A stretch of DNA of 61,748 bases, filler included, from Sphacelaria rigidula (Eukaryota), in the NCBI GenBank assembly GCA_964200075.2. It is 7 parts of 7 records of this genome, joined end to end, with 100 filler letters (N's around TTAATTAATTAA, not from the genome) between each part and the next. Parts side by side here need not be neighbours in the genome. Positions count along the whole stretch, not along the records: positions 17,673 to 26,408 come from CAXNAA020010233.1; positions 26,509 to 35,243 come from CAXNAA020010234.1; positions 35,344 to 44,078 come from CAXNAA020010235.1; 4 more parts are not named here. The stretch is one strand, 5' to 3'. Positions within the stretch are counted from its first letter, which is position 1, and every line of letters starts with the position of its first letter. The notes beneath the pieces are model-generated. The model worked only from the letters and a program-made list of their open reading frames with translations. It did no database searches and was not told where the DNA came from. Shown one piece after another: positions 25,351 to 37,659 of the stretch. The position numbers and the translations under genes are program-made.

Positions 25351-25699
25351 CCCCCCCCCCCCACCCCCCCCNNNNNNNNNNCCCACAATGCCCCCCTCTC
25401 CCAAGATCCTGGAGCCCCCCCCCCGTCAGAACAATCCAGATTCGTCATACGGCCCCCCCCCCCCCCCCCCTCCCTTGACGGTTGCATCGCCTCAGGACGT
25501 GAACGTTCACTATCTCAGCGTTTAGTTTTTGAAACAAATAGAGAAAGGGGAGAGGTTATCATGTCAAGTATTTGAAAAGAAATAGGGAAATAGGGCAGCT
25601 CTCAGCGGTTCCCAACAATCGGTTGTACCGGCGTTGTTGTGTCGGATAACTCCACGGTTGGGACGAAAAAAATCATGATTCAACTCATATTCAACATCT

Positions 25700-26150
25700 A
25701 GACGAATCACTCATACGATGCGTACACAAGTTGTGGATTGTGCATGTTTTGGGTTCGTGATTCGTACGACACCGCTCCAAGTATATAGATTTCCAGTTCG
25801 TGATTCGTGCGGTACACAGTCAAAGGTACACGTTTTCTACCCTCCATTCGTATGGCGTGAATCATATGTATGTTTTCCCCAGTTCCCATTTCATTCAGCA
25901 TAAATCATACGTGCATATTCCCCACCTTCCATTCACACGAGTTGAATCAAGGGTGCATTTTCCCAATATCCATTCATGCTGCATGAATCATACGTACGTG
26001 TTCCCCACCTCCCATTCATTCAAGATGGTTCTAGTGTATGTGTTCCCCGCGTTTCAATCATGCAGGGCGAATCATGCGTATAGCTTTTCCACCCTCTGTT
26101 CATATAATATAAACCATGTGAACATGTTGTTTCCCACCTGTGATTCACGG
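25700..26150. repeat. Degenerate ~42-bp tandem repeat, about 10 units
   Basis: Recurrent GAATCATRCGTAYGTGTTCCCCACCTYCCATTCAT motif. Confidence 0.75.
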
Positions 26151-26639
26151 GGCGCGCCTCTTCGGTGGCGCGGTCCTTTTGCAGGTAGGGTGGGCAAATA
26201 AGAGCAAACAGATCCCGAACCCCTCAAGAGCCAAATCCGCAGTAGACTCAGTTTCAAATTTGTACCAACACCTAACACATCAACTACAGCACAATACACG
26301 CGTCTGCGTGGCCAGCGCGTTTTTTTCTGGGCAGTTCGCCGGCCACCTAGCGATTAACTGCTCCCGTACGAACGCGAGCTTGGGGCGGAAGAACTTGAAA
26401 CAAATAGGNNNNNNNNNNNNNNNNNNNNNNNNNNNNNNNNNNNNNNNNNNNNTTAATTAATTAANNNNNNNNNNNNNNNNNNNNNNNNNNNNNNNNNNNN
26501 NNNNNNNNCGCCCACATGAGAGGCGTGTAGCAGTCCGAAATCAGCTATTACGCCCAAATGAGTCGTGTCGTGCAGCACGAAACCAGCTCTAACGGCGTTA
26601 CTGATCATCCCCTCCGTGCACTTTTTTAGCCGATTCGGG

Positions 26640-28795
26640 GGGTGGCTATCTCGGCAACAGTCATACTGTGCGAGATTTCTCTGCCGGCTTTTCGGTGGAT
26701 AATTCCATGCAGAGCTCCAGGGCCGCGTGGACTACCGTCTACCATCGGGTCTTAGTTGCCTTGGGTCTATATCTGGACCAAGGCGCGCAACTTCCGGTGG
26801 CAGACCCGCATGCTCTGACGCTAGCCCAGCTTGTGGCACGCACCCAAACGGGCCGCAACGATGGTGCCGACAGCTACAACAGAGCCACTCATAGCCTTAT
26901 GTAAGCCTTGCAAGACGCGTTTCACTCCGGTACCTCCACTGATGACGACAACGACAATGACGATGACGAATGGACTCCGGTCAATGCAAACTGTCGGCCG
27001 CACAACAACAACGGCGACAATGATGACCGCCAGGGTGGCGGACGCGTGGGTCGCCGCCACGGTTCCGGATCCTCCGGTGGCGGACGCCGAGGATCTAATT
27101 CTTGACGGACGGTCGGCAGCAAACAGTACCCAAATTGGAAACGTTCGGGATCTGGCTCGTCGGACAGCTCGTCCCGCAAACCCCGTAACCGGAACGAGTC
27201 GACGACTGATCCGCCGTCGGTCAACTCTATCAATGTCAGGCGAGAAACCCCTCGCTTAGCTGATGTTTCCCGCGAGTTATTAGGTTTGTCTGGCATTGAT
27301 GACAAAGATCGACCTTAATCTTCGACCTCGGCCCGCACTTTAGCTGCCGCCGCGGCTAGCCAAGCACAGACCGCAGCCCGCGAGGCTGCAGCAGCTGCTA
27401 AGGCTGAGGCTGCTCGGGTAGCTGCTATCCAGAGAGAGTACATACAGATAGATGTTAAGAAACTTTGGCATATTAACACCATGCCCATAGCGGACAATGA
27501 GGACTCAGGACAGTTTACCTCGAGTCTTATTCACTCCATTCGTGGTACTGTACACAATATTCTGCAGTTTGCGGATCGCACGGGTGATCAGCGCTATGAA
27601 AATCCCGTTTGGGTTCATGGTTGGCAGACGCCGTTACATAAGGCCCTACACCGCGCCATCTCTCGCCGCTCGCCTGACCTTGCCTCTTCACTGACGCAAA
27701 TCATCAATGGGTCCATCGCAGCGATGGATTCGGACCGTGCCTTGGGGCGAACTGGCCCAACGATACTCCGTGATTTGGAGCGGCGTTTGACCGACTAGTT
27801 CGATCGTAGTACCGAGGGCAGCTCCACTCAGCGACTAAGCTCGTCTGGTGTAGCCACGGACGTGCCTTTTTCCGACTACCTTCGTCAGTTTAAGTTGTTG
27901 GCTTCCAGAACTTTGAGAACTGGACGCCAGAGCGGCCCTTCTGATTCTACGTGTCAGTCTTATGTCCGTACGAACGTGTCTCAGCAGTCCCCGGCATTGA
28001 TGCCGTCGTTATTTCCGGGTGTCCTAGCACACCGCGAGGTGCCGTACGCCTCCGTGGACGCAATGTGGACAGCTTTTGTTCACCAAGAAAGCAATCTCAC
28101 TCCCGCCATTGGGGGTGATAAATATTTGTCTCCGCGCTCACAGCCTGCCACTGTCTCCTTCGCGAACACCTACGGGTCTCGCGGACGGAATTCGAGTTCA
28201 TCTCGTGCTACATGGACCCCCGCCTCTGTCGCCGGTTCAGTAATGAGTACTAGAAGTAACAAAGACCCATTCTGCGCATTTTGACGCATGGCCGTACTCT
28301 GAGAAGACATGGGACGATGTTTATCTGACTTCTACAACAGCTTTTGTGACGGATGATCCCCATTTGTGAAACCCGCTTCTGTCTTCTTCGGCTAGACACG
28401 ACGCTTTCAGCCGCCACGCCAATAAATATATCAATTACAATGTACAAGGCCGCAGCATGTGTGACTGTGACAACTCATGCATAAGCGCATTCGATCTCAT
28501 GAACTCTGAACTACAGGTCAATAAACCCGCGTGGCGCCGATGGCAGAAACGAATGCGCGACTATCGTACTCCAAATCGTAATGATCACCACCATTCGAAT
28601 TCTCGCGGCAACTATCGCTTTAATCGAGAGCGCCGACACAACAACAACCATAGTTCTGGCACTCGCCAACGAGATAATACTTCTCGCGCCAATCATGGTT
28701 CCGCTGATAGACACCAGCGAACGGGACCGACACATAGCTCGAACTCCAACACCAGAAACCCTGTTACCTTCACTTTGAATCGCATAAATCCATGA
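26640..28795 (+). pseudogene. gag: gag-like ORF1 of the Gypsy element (disrupted)
   Basis: ORFs 26668, 26908, 27481 and 27862 share one frame separated by single stops (..VATDVPFSDYLRQFKLL..), followed by a frameshifted Cys-containing segment. Assigned mainly by position upstream of pol. Confidence 0.7.
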
Positions 28796-29899
28796 CGCGC
28801 CAACGTCGGCGTCCTAAAGTCTTCGGCACCGCCGACAGCACTTTCGAAGACTTTTTCATCACAGCCCGCGAAACTAGCAACAAATATTTCTCCCTCAGTC
28901 CCCCCGGAATTTTGCAGCAGCACAACTGACGGCCGCTCGAATCTATCCCCGTCTTCACCTCTTCGCATACAGCGTGATAGGAGCACTAATGACAGCCGCT
29001 CGAATCGACCCCCGTCTGCACCTCCTCGCATACAGCGTAACAATTGCGTGAACTCACGACTTAGCTCTACGCTCGGCTCTGAACTTGCTCCTTCAGAACT
29101 GAGTGTAAATCTGAGGTGTGGGAACACCGGCCGCCCGTCCCTGAAACAAAGGCTTCCCTCAGCGACAAGTAGTGCATCTCACTCAACTGGTTCAAGTGTC
29201 GCTGGTCTCAATTTGACCACTTCGGGCCAAGTAACACCCACCTAGCTCGAACGAGATCGTTCTTCGCGTTTATTACACCACGCGAGAGTACCCCTGATAG
29301 GTTTCAAGAATAAGCGTCCCGATTCACCAACGCCTATGACTCCTTAGCCAAGCTTGCCAACGGAAAGTCCACAAGCTTCGCCCGAGCATGCCCCGATGCT
29401 GACCCCATCCACACGGCTGGACGCAGTCGTGTTGCCCCAACAAGTTTGGAAGTTCCCCGACCATCGTCACGGCGAAAGAGGAAGCCCCGTAAAGGTGCCC
29501 CCAAGGAAGCGCGCGCATCATCACGCACACCTCTTTCGAGTGGAAAACCTCTACCTCAATCTCTCCAAAATGCGACGACTTTACGCTCGACGGCTTTATC
29601 AAGCATCACGGGAGAAGCGAATTCACATGTTTCTGACGCCACTGCTTCTTCAATCGACGGCCCTTACAACGCACAATCTGGATCCACCTTGGATGTTGAT
29701 CTCTGCGTACCCAAGACGGTCATCTACGAAATCGCTAAGGATCATTCTAACCGTGCCTCACCTGGGAATCATATACCGTCCACCACCTTTTCTGGTGAAA
29801 AACCTGACCCACCGGCGGATCACTGCCCGTCCGTTTTTGCTGTCAGCCCCGCCGATCCTGACCAATTTACCTTGCCGAAACATGGTCCGGATCTTGTCG

Positions 29900-32800
29900 G
29901 CGGTAAAGTGTCTGTGGACCCGACCACTTTCACTACACGCGTCGCGATCCATTAGGGTCCAAACGCTACCACGCCTACGAAAGGCATATCTCTGTTGGAT
30001 AGCGGCAGCCCGCAAACGTTCATTCGACAGTGAACATGGAAATACATGAAACAAACTGGCGCTGCTACCGCACCTTGTGACACCACCACCCAACCTCGAG
30101 TATGGGGCGGCTTCGGCGATTCTACCGCACCTCTGACAACATGAAAATCCGTACGTCTCAGTGTGCAATTGTTTTACAATACCACTCGTTCTGCCAGCCT
30201 GGCCGTCTGGGCATACATTTTCCCCGACAGCACCATGCATCACGTCATATTATTGGGCAGAGATAGCTGTATGCGGTTTGATAAGCAAACCTACCGCACA
30301 CTTCCACCACTATCACCACAATCCACGTCTCGAGGAGAATTTAACCTTTACCACTTTGGTACACCCCACGGTGCTCTGACCTACCAAAAGAATACTCAAG
30401 CAACCGGAGCTGTTTCCCACCTACGATACAATGGTAGTGTTGGTATTACCTTCTCCGACGATCCTCAACTTTTAGAAGTTGCGCTATGGGATGCCTGCCC
30501 TTACGGGGCATTATCTTGCCGAAATGTAACCCCGTATAGGTGCACCAGCCGACACAGAACATTTTGTCTCGGCGGGACAACAACTTCTCCCTCTCACGGG
30601 ACATGCTAACTTGGAACCCGGCGATATTTTAGGAATCGTCGCCGCTCCCCTGATGCACATCCCACTTGAGAGGTGCGTAACGGAGCCTGCCGAGTCCGAC
30701 GCACAATCTCCGACGGAGTCAGTCCATTGTGTCGATGAACCTTTTTTCGACCTCGCCTCCGAGACTCCACCCCAGATCCACACCGTGGATCCTGCCCAAT
30801 CAAATTCCGATCCTCCTGCTCAAGTGCTCCAACGCTTATCACCAGATTCTCGGAAGAGTTTCTTGCAAATGTGGAACTAACTGCCGCCACACATGCGTGA
30901 TATCAATTTTGACCTTCATTGGCCCGGCTGGGAACCAGCAGTCATCCAAGAACTCAGTGATATCCTGCTACAGTACCAAGACCGATTATTCAGATCCAAA
31001 ACGGATCTTGGGCACTGCAAAACGCTGCTCTTTGAGGTTACACTCCAACCCGGGGTCTCGCCAATATCGTCGCGACCATACCGGACAAACCCAATCCTTA
31101 CCAAAAGAGTGAATGTCATCTTAGATGCATATTTGGGAGCGGGATTAAGACAACATTCCTCTTCTCCGTGAGCCTCGCCACTTGTGATCGTCCCCAAAAA
31201 GGATGAAAACAAACGCATACCCGTGATCTACCAACGGTTGAACCACGTCACTGTGATTGGTAAACTTCCGATCCCCCGCATCGATGAAGTCTTCGACTCC
31301 TTAGGCGAAGGAAAAATATTCAGCACCTTCGACCTCGCTTCTGGATTTTTCCAGAAAGCTATACACCCTGACACAGTCGCACTCACGGCCTTCTGTACCT
31401 CGTCCGGGCTCTACAAGTGGCTTCGAATGCCACAAGGCGCGGCCACTGCCCCGGGATGCTTTCAAAGCTTAATGCCACGCGTCACCGAGGGCCTCGAGCA
31501 CATCATCATGTATCTCGACGACGCCATCGCTTTCGCTGCCTCACCTATTGCACACAGCCGCACTCTACGAGAATTTCTCTCTCGTTTACGAACACATGAC
31601 TCGAAATTGTCTCCATCCAAGCTCGCCTTGGTGCGACTGACTTGGACTTCCTGGGACATTTCATTTCGCCAGTAGGCCTACATCCGGATACAAACGAAGT
31701 CAAGGCGATGACTGACTTACCGATGCCCGCCAACATTTCTCAACTTCGCTTATTGTCGGGCGGACTATCCTACTACCGAAATGTTTTGCCTAATTTATCC
31801 AAACGAATTTGCCCCCTTACTGAGCTACTCAAGAAAAGAGCCGTGTTTACCTTCACCATCGATATGCAGAATATCACCCGCGAATTGCTGAAAACGCTCA
31901 CCGAAAAACCGGTACTCTGTTTCCCTGATTGGGGGGCAGTACAAGATGGCTCTCGCCTTTTCCAACTACACACTGACGCCAGCACAGACGGATTTGGAGG
32001 AGTTTTGAATCAACTACAGGTTGACGGCTCCATTCGACCCATCCTCTACATCAGCCGCGCCACCCTGCCCAACGAGGCCAACTGGAGCCCGCTAGAATTG
32101 GAGAGCGGAGTAATTACCTGGGCCATTAAGCGCCTCCGACAATATCTGTTTCACGTGCCATTTGAGATCTTCACGGATCATGGGGCACTCGGACAACTCG
32201 CCAAGCTTGGCGAACACAACCCGCGTGTGCAATGATGGTTGACATTTCTAACAGCGTACCAGTATACCGTGAAGCACCATCTAGGCAAAACCAACGGAAA
32301 CGCTCACCTGCTTTTCACCCCTGCCGCCTACGGCCGCAGATTTCAGCCCGGTTTGCCGTTTAACAGACCCCGATGAACCTGGGATTTACCCTGTTGGACG
32401 AACTTCAACGCTCGTTTATGCCCTTGACCTACAGTGTCCAGAGACTGGTATGGACATGGGAGGACTTCGCCCTTTACAATATGACGCCGTCCTGGGTGGG
32501 TTAAAACCCACTCCCTCCGATTTTACCGATTCCCGCGCTTCTGGTACTCGCGCGAACCATTTCACGGAGACACCTTCGGTCATCCACCTAATCTCCGATA
32601 ACACGCGCTCCCAGTCTACCTCCGGCACCACGCCCCCGAGTGCCCCGCCGCCACCGATAACATCTACAAATCCCACGAGCCACACAGCACCGGTCCAACG
32701 GACCAGTAAGCAACGCTCCGCGAAAAATACTGCAACATCCACCACGCACCGCGATGAATCTTCGCCGCGCACTGCTACGACCCCGCCGCCCATAACGGCG

Positions 32801-35139
32801 CCGCCTCCAACTACCGCTCCCGAGCACAGAGCTGGGGACTCAGCTCCTGCTCCCGGGGCAGATATTGACGTCGGCATTTCTGCCCCGTCGCCTATTCCCC
32901 CGCTGCCAACCCCACCATGTTTGGTCGGCTCTCCAGCGGAAGGTCAACTACGCGAGTTCCTCGCCCGCTACTCTCACCGTGATTGGGCCCGCCAACAAAA
33001 CGCGGAACCTTTGTGTCGCGCAGCCATCCAGTACTTGCAGCTTGACTGCCCAGTCCCTTTTCCATCCGCCATCCTGGCCCCGGTTGGCACACTGCCACCC
33101 CCAGATACTTCTGACGTATACGAACTCGTGCGCAAAGGCACCACTTTTACTACGGTTGAAAACGTACAACTCCTCGTGCGCCGACCCACGCCTTTGACGG
33201 GCGCACTTTCCGTCGCAACCACGGGACGTCACGCACGACTACTCAATGACGAACCAACGCGCATATATGTCCCCTTATTAATGCGTCCCTGGGTCATGAA
33301 AGGCTGCCACACGGACTTGTCATGTCACCTTGGCGTCACTCGCACCTTAGCGCTCCTGGAACGCTTCTACTGGTGGATTGGTATGGAAATTTCCACCCGC
33401 TTCTAGAATCGGCGATGCCTCAAATGCCAAGCTCGAAAAACTTCACGACAAACAGTACGCTGGCCCGTCATCTCTATGGCACTCCCCAACGCCCCAGGCC
33501 ACCTTGTGTCCTTTGACTACTTTGGCCATCTACCAACCACAGATCGCGGCAACACTTACATGTTACTCTTCACTGACCGCTTGAGCCGCCACGCGTCCAT
33601 GTACGCGGTAACCGCTGTAGATTTCACTGCCGTCGGGACGACCGATATATTGGCCCACGACTACATTAAGTACTACGGTTGTCCGGAACGACTCCTTTCA
33701 TACAATGGTCAGCAATTTTGCTCAGATCTCTCTGATGAGCTTTACAAGCTCCTGGGCATCCGCAAAATTGCTACAAGCGCCTACCACCCTCATGGTAACG
33801 GTGGTACCGAAAGAGTTAATCACACCATGGCTCAGATGCTCTCTATGGCCGTCGATGACCGTCAAAATGACTAGGACCTACACCTCTCGCACATCATGCT
33901 GTCCTACAACAACTCGCTTAACGCCGCCACAGGCCTTTCCCCGAACGAACTCCATCTCGGATGCTACCGTTGGCTGCTCATCACCGTGTTTGAGCAACAC
34001 ACGTTCGACGACCACGAAGGATTAGATCCGGGCCAGATATCCTATCACGAGCTAGCACATTCACGACCACGCAAAGCGTTTATCCTCGTGCGCGAACAAC
34101 ATGCCATCAATGCCTCGTGCCTTGAGAGATCTAACACTGCTCTCTACAACCTCATACACAAACGCCCCAACTGGAAAGTTGGTGATTGAGTTTGGATCTA
34201 CAACAGTAGTTTGTCGACCATTCGCCAAGGCACCAGCAAGACAACCAACGGAAGAAGTTTGAAGACGAAATTGTCCCTCAATTGGGGAGGATCATTCAAG
34301 ATCCTGACAGTCGGACCATCGTCATCACCACCGGATGGTAAACCCGTTGGTGACAAATTGCTCTATATCTCGACTTGCCTCGCGACTTCCAGGGCAAGGA
34401 GACCATACCCGGCGTCTCCGTGCACAGATGCAAAACCTCCACGAACCCGCATGATACAAGTGACATGCCCAAGTACCTACCTGCCGAGCTCACATAGTAT
34501 GTTCTCAACAGCTACTCCACCAAGTCCCCGCCCTACCACGTTACAACAGACGACGTAACGGAACAGCCCCTCCGATTGACCGTGTCCACTATTTCCGGCC
34601 ATCAGATACCCTGTCGTGGTCGAGGTGGTCAAATCGCTGTCATGTGGAAGATGGACTGGCACGGTCTCCGGAGAGCGTCTTGGGAACGCAACTCCGACCT
34701 TTAACTGCACCGCCGTGCAATCCTCGTGTACTGGACGCAGTCCCAACATCAGCATCCTGCTCACAACAAGAAATATCGCAACATGCGTCGTGGCGCAGCA
34801 GCCTGCGAACTTCACCGCGATCAGGGACTACGCTTTGTCGCCGATGGTTACAAACGTGTACCCACCAAGACTTGTAAGACGAAGTTCTTCGCAAACCAGC
34901 GAATACTGCCCAAGGGCAGCTACCTTTGATTCAAAGGCAGCGACAACCTCTGGTGGTTGGGTCAGACCCACTCCGCTAACCTATTTTCGGCCGACACATA
35001 CATCGTGCGCTTCATCGATGACCCTGGACCCATACAGCTCGAGCTCCGGCCAGCACTATATACCACCAGCCCATCTGCACCACGCGGATCCTGGTGCCTC
35101 CAACACCTCAATCCCGAAGGACTTCGCCGCGATCTCTAG
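29900..35139 (+). pseudogene. pol: pol polyprotein remnant: aspartic protease, RT, RNase H, integrase, GPY/F-like region, chromodomain, extra C-terminal module
   Basis: LLDSGS at 29992-30009; SRPYR and FSTFDLASGFFQ; RMPQG; YLDD at 31511-31522; LHTDASTDGFGGVL and ELE (RNase H); H..H..CLKC zinc finger; SFDYFG, TDRLSR, NGQQF, NGGTERVN (integrase core); ISGHQ..W.G..SWE..DL at 34591-34701. Confidence 0.95.
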
Positions 35140-35404
35140 CGCAACATCGACCACACCCACGATGTCCACTCCCCGTTTTGAACCACGCTCCTTCGTCGCA
35201 ACTGTTGCCCCCCCCCCGCCCCCCCCCCGCCCCCCTCCCCCCCNNNNNNNNNNNNNNNNNNNNNNNNNNNNNNNNNNNNNNNNNNNNTTAATTAATTAAN
35301 NNNNNNNNNNNNNNNNNNNNNNNNNNNNNNNNNNNNNNNNNNNTTGTGTGTTGTGCGCGGGGGGGGTGGGGGCGGGGCCGCGGCCCCCCTGGGGGGCGGG
35401 GGCC

Positions 35405-35490
35405 GGGGGGGGGGGGGGGGGGGCACACTTATTTGTCGCTTGCCTTCGTCATTTTGAACATTGACCACGCATCCCTTTCGAGACGGAGCA
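35405..35490 (-). mobile_element. Poly(C)-tailed short element copy
   Basis: G-run followed by CACACTTATTTGTCGCTTGCCTTCGTC..ATTGACCACGCATCCCTTTCGAGACGGAGCACCG. TSD cannot be assessed next to the gap. Confidence 0.8.
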
Positions 35491-35796
35491 CCGTTCCTCC
35501 TCCTAATCGAGACACCTCAATCATTGGGGCGCTCATTACGTGTCTTTCATGCGCATTGCACAAAAATCATTCATCCACCTTATGCCTTTCCTGGTTCGCC
35601 GTCTGTGGTCATCTATCTCCTAGTATAGCGATCGTTTTTTCGCTACTGTCTCATGTCCCCAACGATTTCATGACACATTCGTTTACTTCCCACATTGCCC
35701 CCTTTAACACGTCCTGTTCCTCCTCGTATAGTTCACACTTTGCCACTTCGCCCTTGGGGCAATTCTGTGCATCTAATTCCTCTGGGTGTGTGTGTG

Positions 35797-35880
35797 TGGG
35801 GGGATACTCGCGATCTTGCATGCCGTCATCATCATGACCATTGACTTCGCATCCCTAGAAGCCGGAACGGAGCACGTCGG
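35797..35880 (-). mobile_element. Diverged poly(C)-tailed element variant
   Basis: GGGGGGATACTCGCGATCTTGCATGCC..GACCATTGACTTCGCATCCCTAGAAGCCGGAACGGAGCACGTCG. Confidence 0.65.
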
Positions 35881-36103
35881 GTTTCCGCCAACCGGGGTGG
35901 GGGGGGGAGGTAGGAGGGTATGAAGGAAGAAATAGTAAGAGATGAAAACATACTTCAAAACATGAGGCCTAAATCGTGCGGCCTTGCGAAATAACTCATG
36001 ATATTCATTGTTTTCAGCCAATCATCCCTGCGATTTTGTTTTCTCCCCTTACTTTCGTGCGTCTGGCTACCTGTAGCCGCTTGTGTTGCGCCCGGTAGTG
36101 TTT

Positions 36104-36406
36104 ACCGGCGTTGGGCTAAAATATGTCCATGTTTGATATTACTTGATTTGCGTGTCAACCGCGAGGATCGGAAGTTTGGTGAGGCTGACAGTCCCGCGTG
36201 CTCCTCGCGTACACAGAACGCGTTTTCGTTGAAATTGGCGCCACAGGCGCCGATTTGGGGTCTACCAAGGCCGCGCTCTGCGTAGGGAACGCCATGTACC
36301 TCTCTTGCCCGAGGGTTCTCGGTATGCGTTGAGCTGGGGTTAGGAGTAGGGGTAGCGATAGTCGTAAAATGTGTCAACCATTGACATATTTTAGCCCAAC
36401 GCCGGT
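36104..36406 (-). mobile_element. Telomere-repeat-core MITE, copy C (24-bp perfect TIR)
   Basis: ACCGGCGTTGGGCTAAAATATGTC / GACATATTTTAGCCCAACGCCGGT, with core motifs on the minus strand and a GGGGTTAGGAGTAGGGGTAG tract. Confidence 0.88.
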
Positions 36407-36992
36407 CAACTAGCCTCGTTTCGTCGTGCACTTCGGCTTGGGGTGTCTGTAGTGACTAGTGGGGCGCGCTTCACGACGCGGATGTCACATGACATGAGAA
36501 ACATGAAACATTCCATCATAGGTTGAACTTGTGAGTCGTGCAGTGTCGCAAGCTGACTTTTCAAGTAGGACTATTTAGCGCGGTGGCTGATTCGAAAATG
36601 TATTCACGAATTCCATGCGGTTCTACGTGTTTGGTCGCGGTGCGTCAAATCATCACCGGATCGTGTAGTAGTAATTGAGGTAGTGGAATGACGAGTGAGC
36701 ACAATGATGTTGATGCGTGTACGGAGCGATTCGTTCTGTCTATTTCAGTAAACAACAACTTGGTGTGCTTTCGGGTAACTGTCGCTCTCTCGGGCTATCG
36801 ATCGAGGACCCCAAAAACGCGTCCAGTGATCTCGTGGATAAGAGATTTGTTGAGCATGAAATATGCAACACCATCCTTCGAACTTGATGCGTGTTTGTTC
36901 TTTGTTACTTGTTACCCACACATGGGAATCTACTTGACTTTCTGAATACGCTACAAATTGCCCCCCTCCGTTGCTCTCGCTGTGGAGAACAG

Positions 36993-37094
36993 GTTTGACG
37001 GCAAGGTGACTCTAGATCACGCACACATTATGCGCTTCGTGTGGATGGGCTTGGCCAGCTTCGGCAACGTGGTTGGGTGCATCCTCTCCCTCGA
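36993..37094 (+). CDS. Isolated candidate exon with a hydrophobic segment (FDGKVTLDHAHIMRFVWMGLASFGNVVGCILSL)
   Basis: AACAG acceptor and GTGAGT donor; 102 nt, phase 2-2, open frame. Partner exons not identified. Confidence 0.4.
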
Positions 37095-37211
37095 GTGAGT
37101 TTCACTTGATTTGATTCTTTCGTTCCCTTTCATTTGTGTTCTGAGAAGACTTGAAATTTTGTGTGCTGCTCTTATACGGCATCGGAACTTGGAGCGCTAG
37201 TAGTATCAGTA

Positions 37212-37537
37212 GATCTGACGAAATGTACGTCAACAATGGTTGGTACTCGAGTTTACTTGATTTCGGACTGAAGAAAATTTTGAGAAAATTTATAACTTCG
37301 GGAAGGTGAGCAGTGGTGAGCAGTAGACCCAGCTCGTCCAGAACGTGTTTTGATCCAAAATCGGCTCAAAGGCGTCAACTTGAGCTTTGGCAACGTACCC
37401 TTTGCCTACGAGATATTTTGCACCCCCCTGCCCGAGGATTCTCGGTATGACTTGGTCGGGGTTAGGGTTGAGGTCAGCGGTAAGGTTGGCGGCATCCCCA
37501 TAGTACCAACCATTGTCTACGTACATTTCGTCAGATC
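37212..37537 (-). mobile_element. Telomere-repeat-core MITE, copy D (36-bp TIR, 2 mismatches)
   Basis: GATCTGACGAAATGTACGTCAACAATGGTTGGTACT / AGTACCAACCATTGTCTACGTACATTTCGTCAGATC; core TTGCACCCCCCTGCCCGAGGATTCTCG and GGGGTTAGGGTT. Confidence 0.88.
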
Positions 37538-37659
37538 CCCTCGGTAGCATCAATTTTTTCCTGCCTCTTTTTTTTCTTTTTTTCCTTTCTCTTGTATCTC
37601 GTCTGTGTGAATTTTTTCTGGGTCCAATTTTTATTTTATTGTTTATTTTTACCCTAGCT

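Larger units (their letters stand above)
26509..35190 (+). mobile_element. Decayed Ty3/Gypsy LTR retrotransposon (LTRs not visible; both ends run into gaps)
   Basis: Domain order is gag-like, protease, RT, RNase H, integrase (the Gypsy order), with many in-frame stops and frameshifts. Confidence 0.95.

Noticed and set aside
25372-25470. Tandem second copy of CCAAGATCCTGGAGC..CATACGG-(C)n
   Set aside because: It lies across a 10-N gap in low-quality C-rich sequence and is probably the same locus assembled twice.
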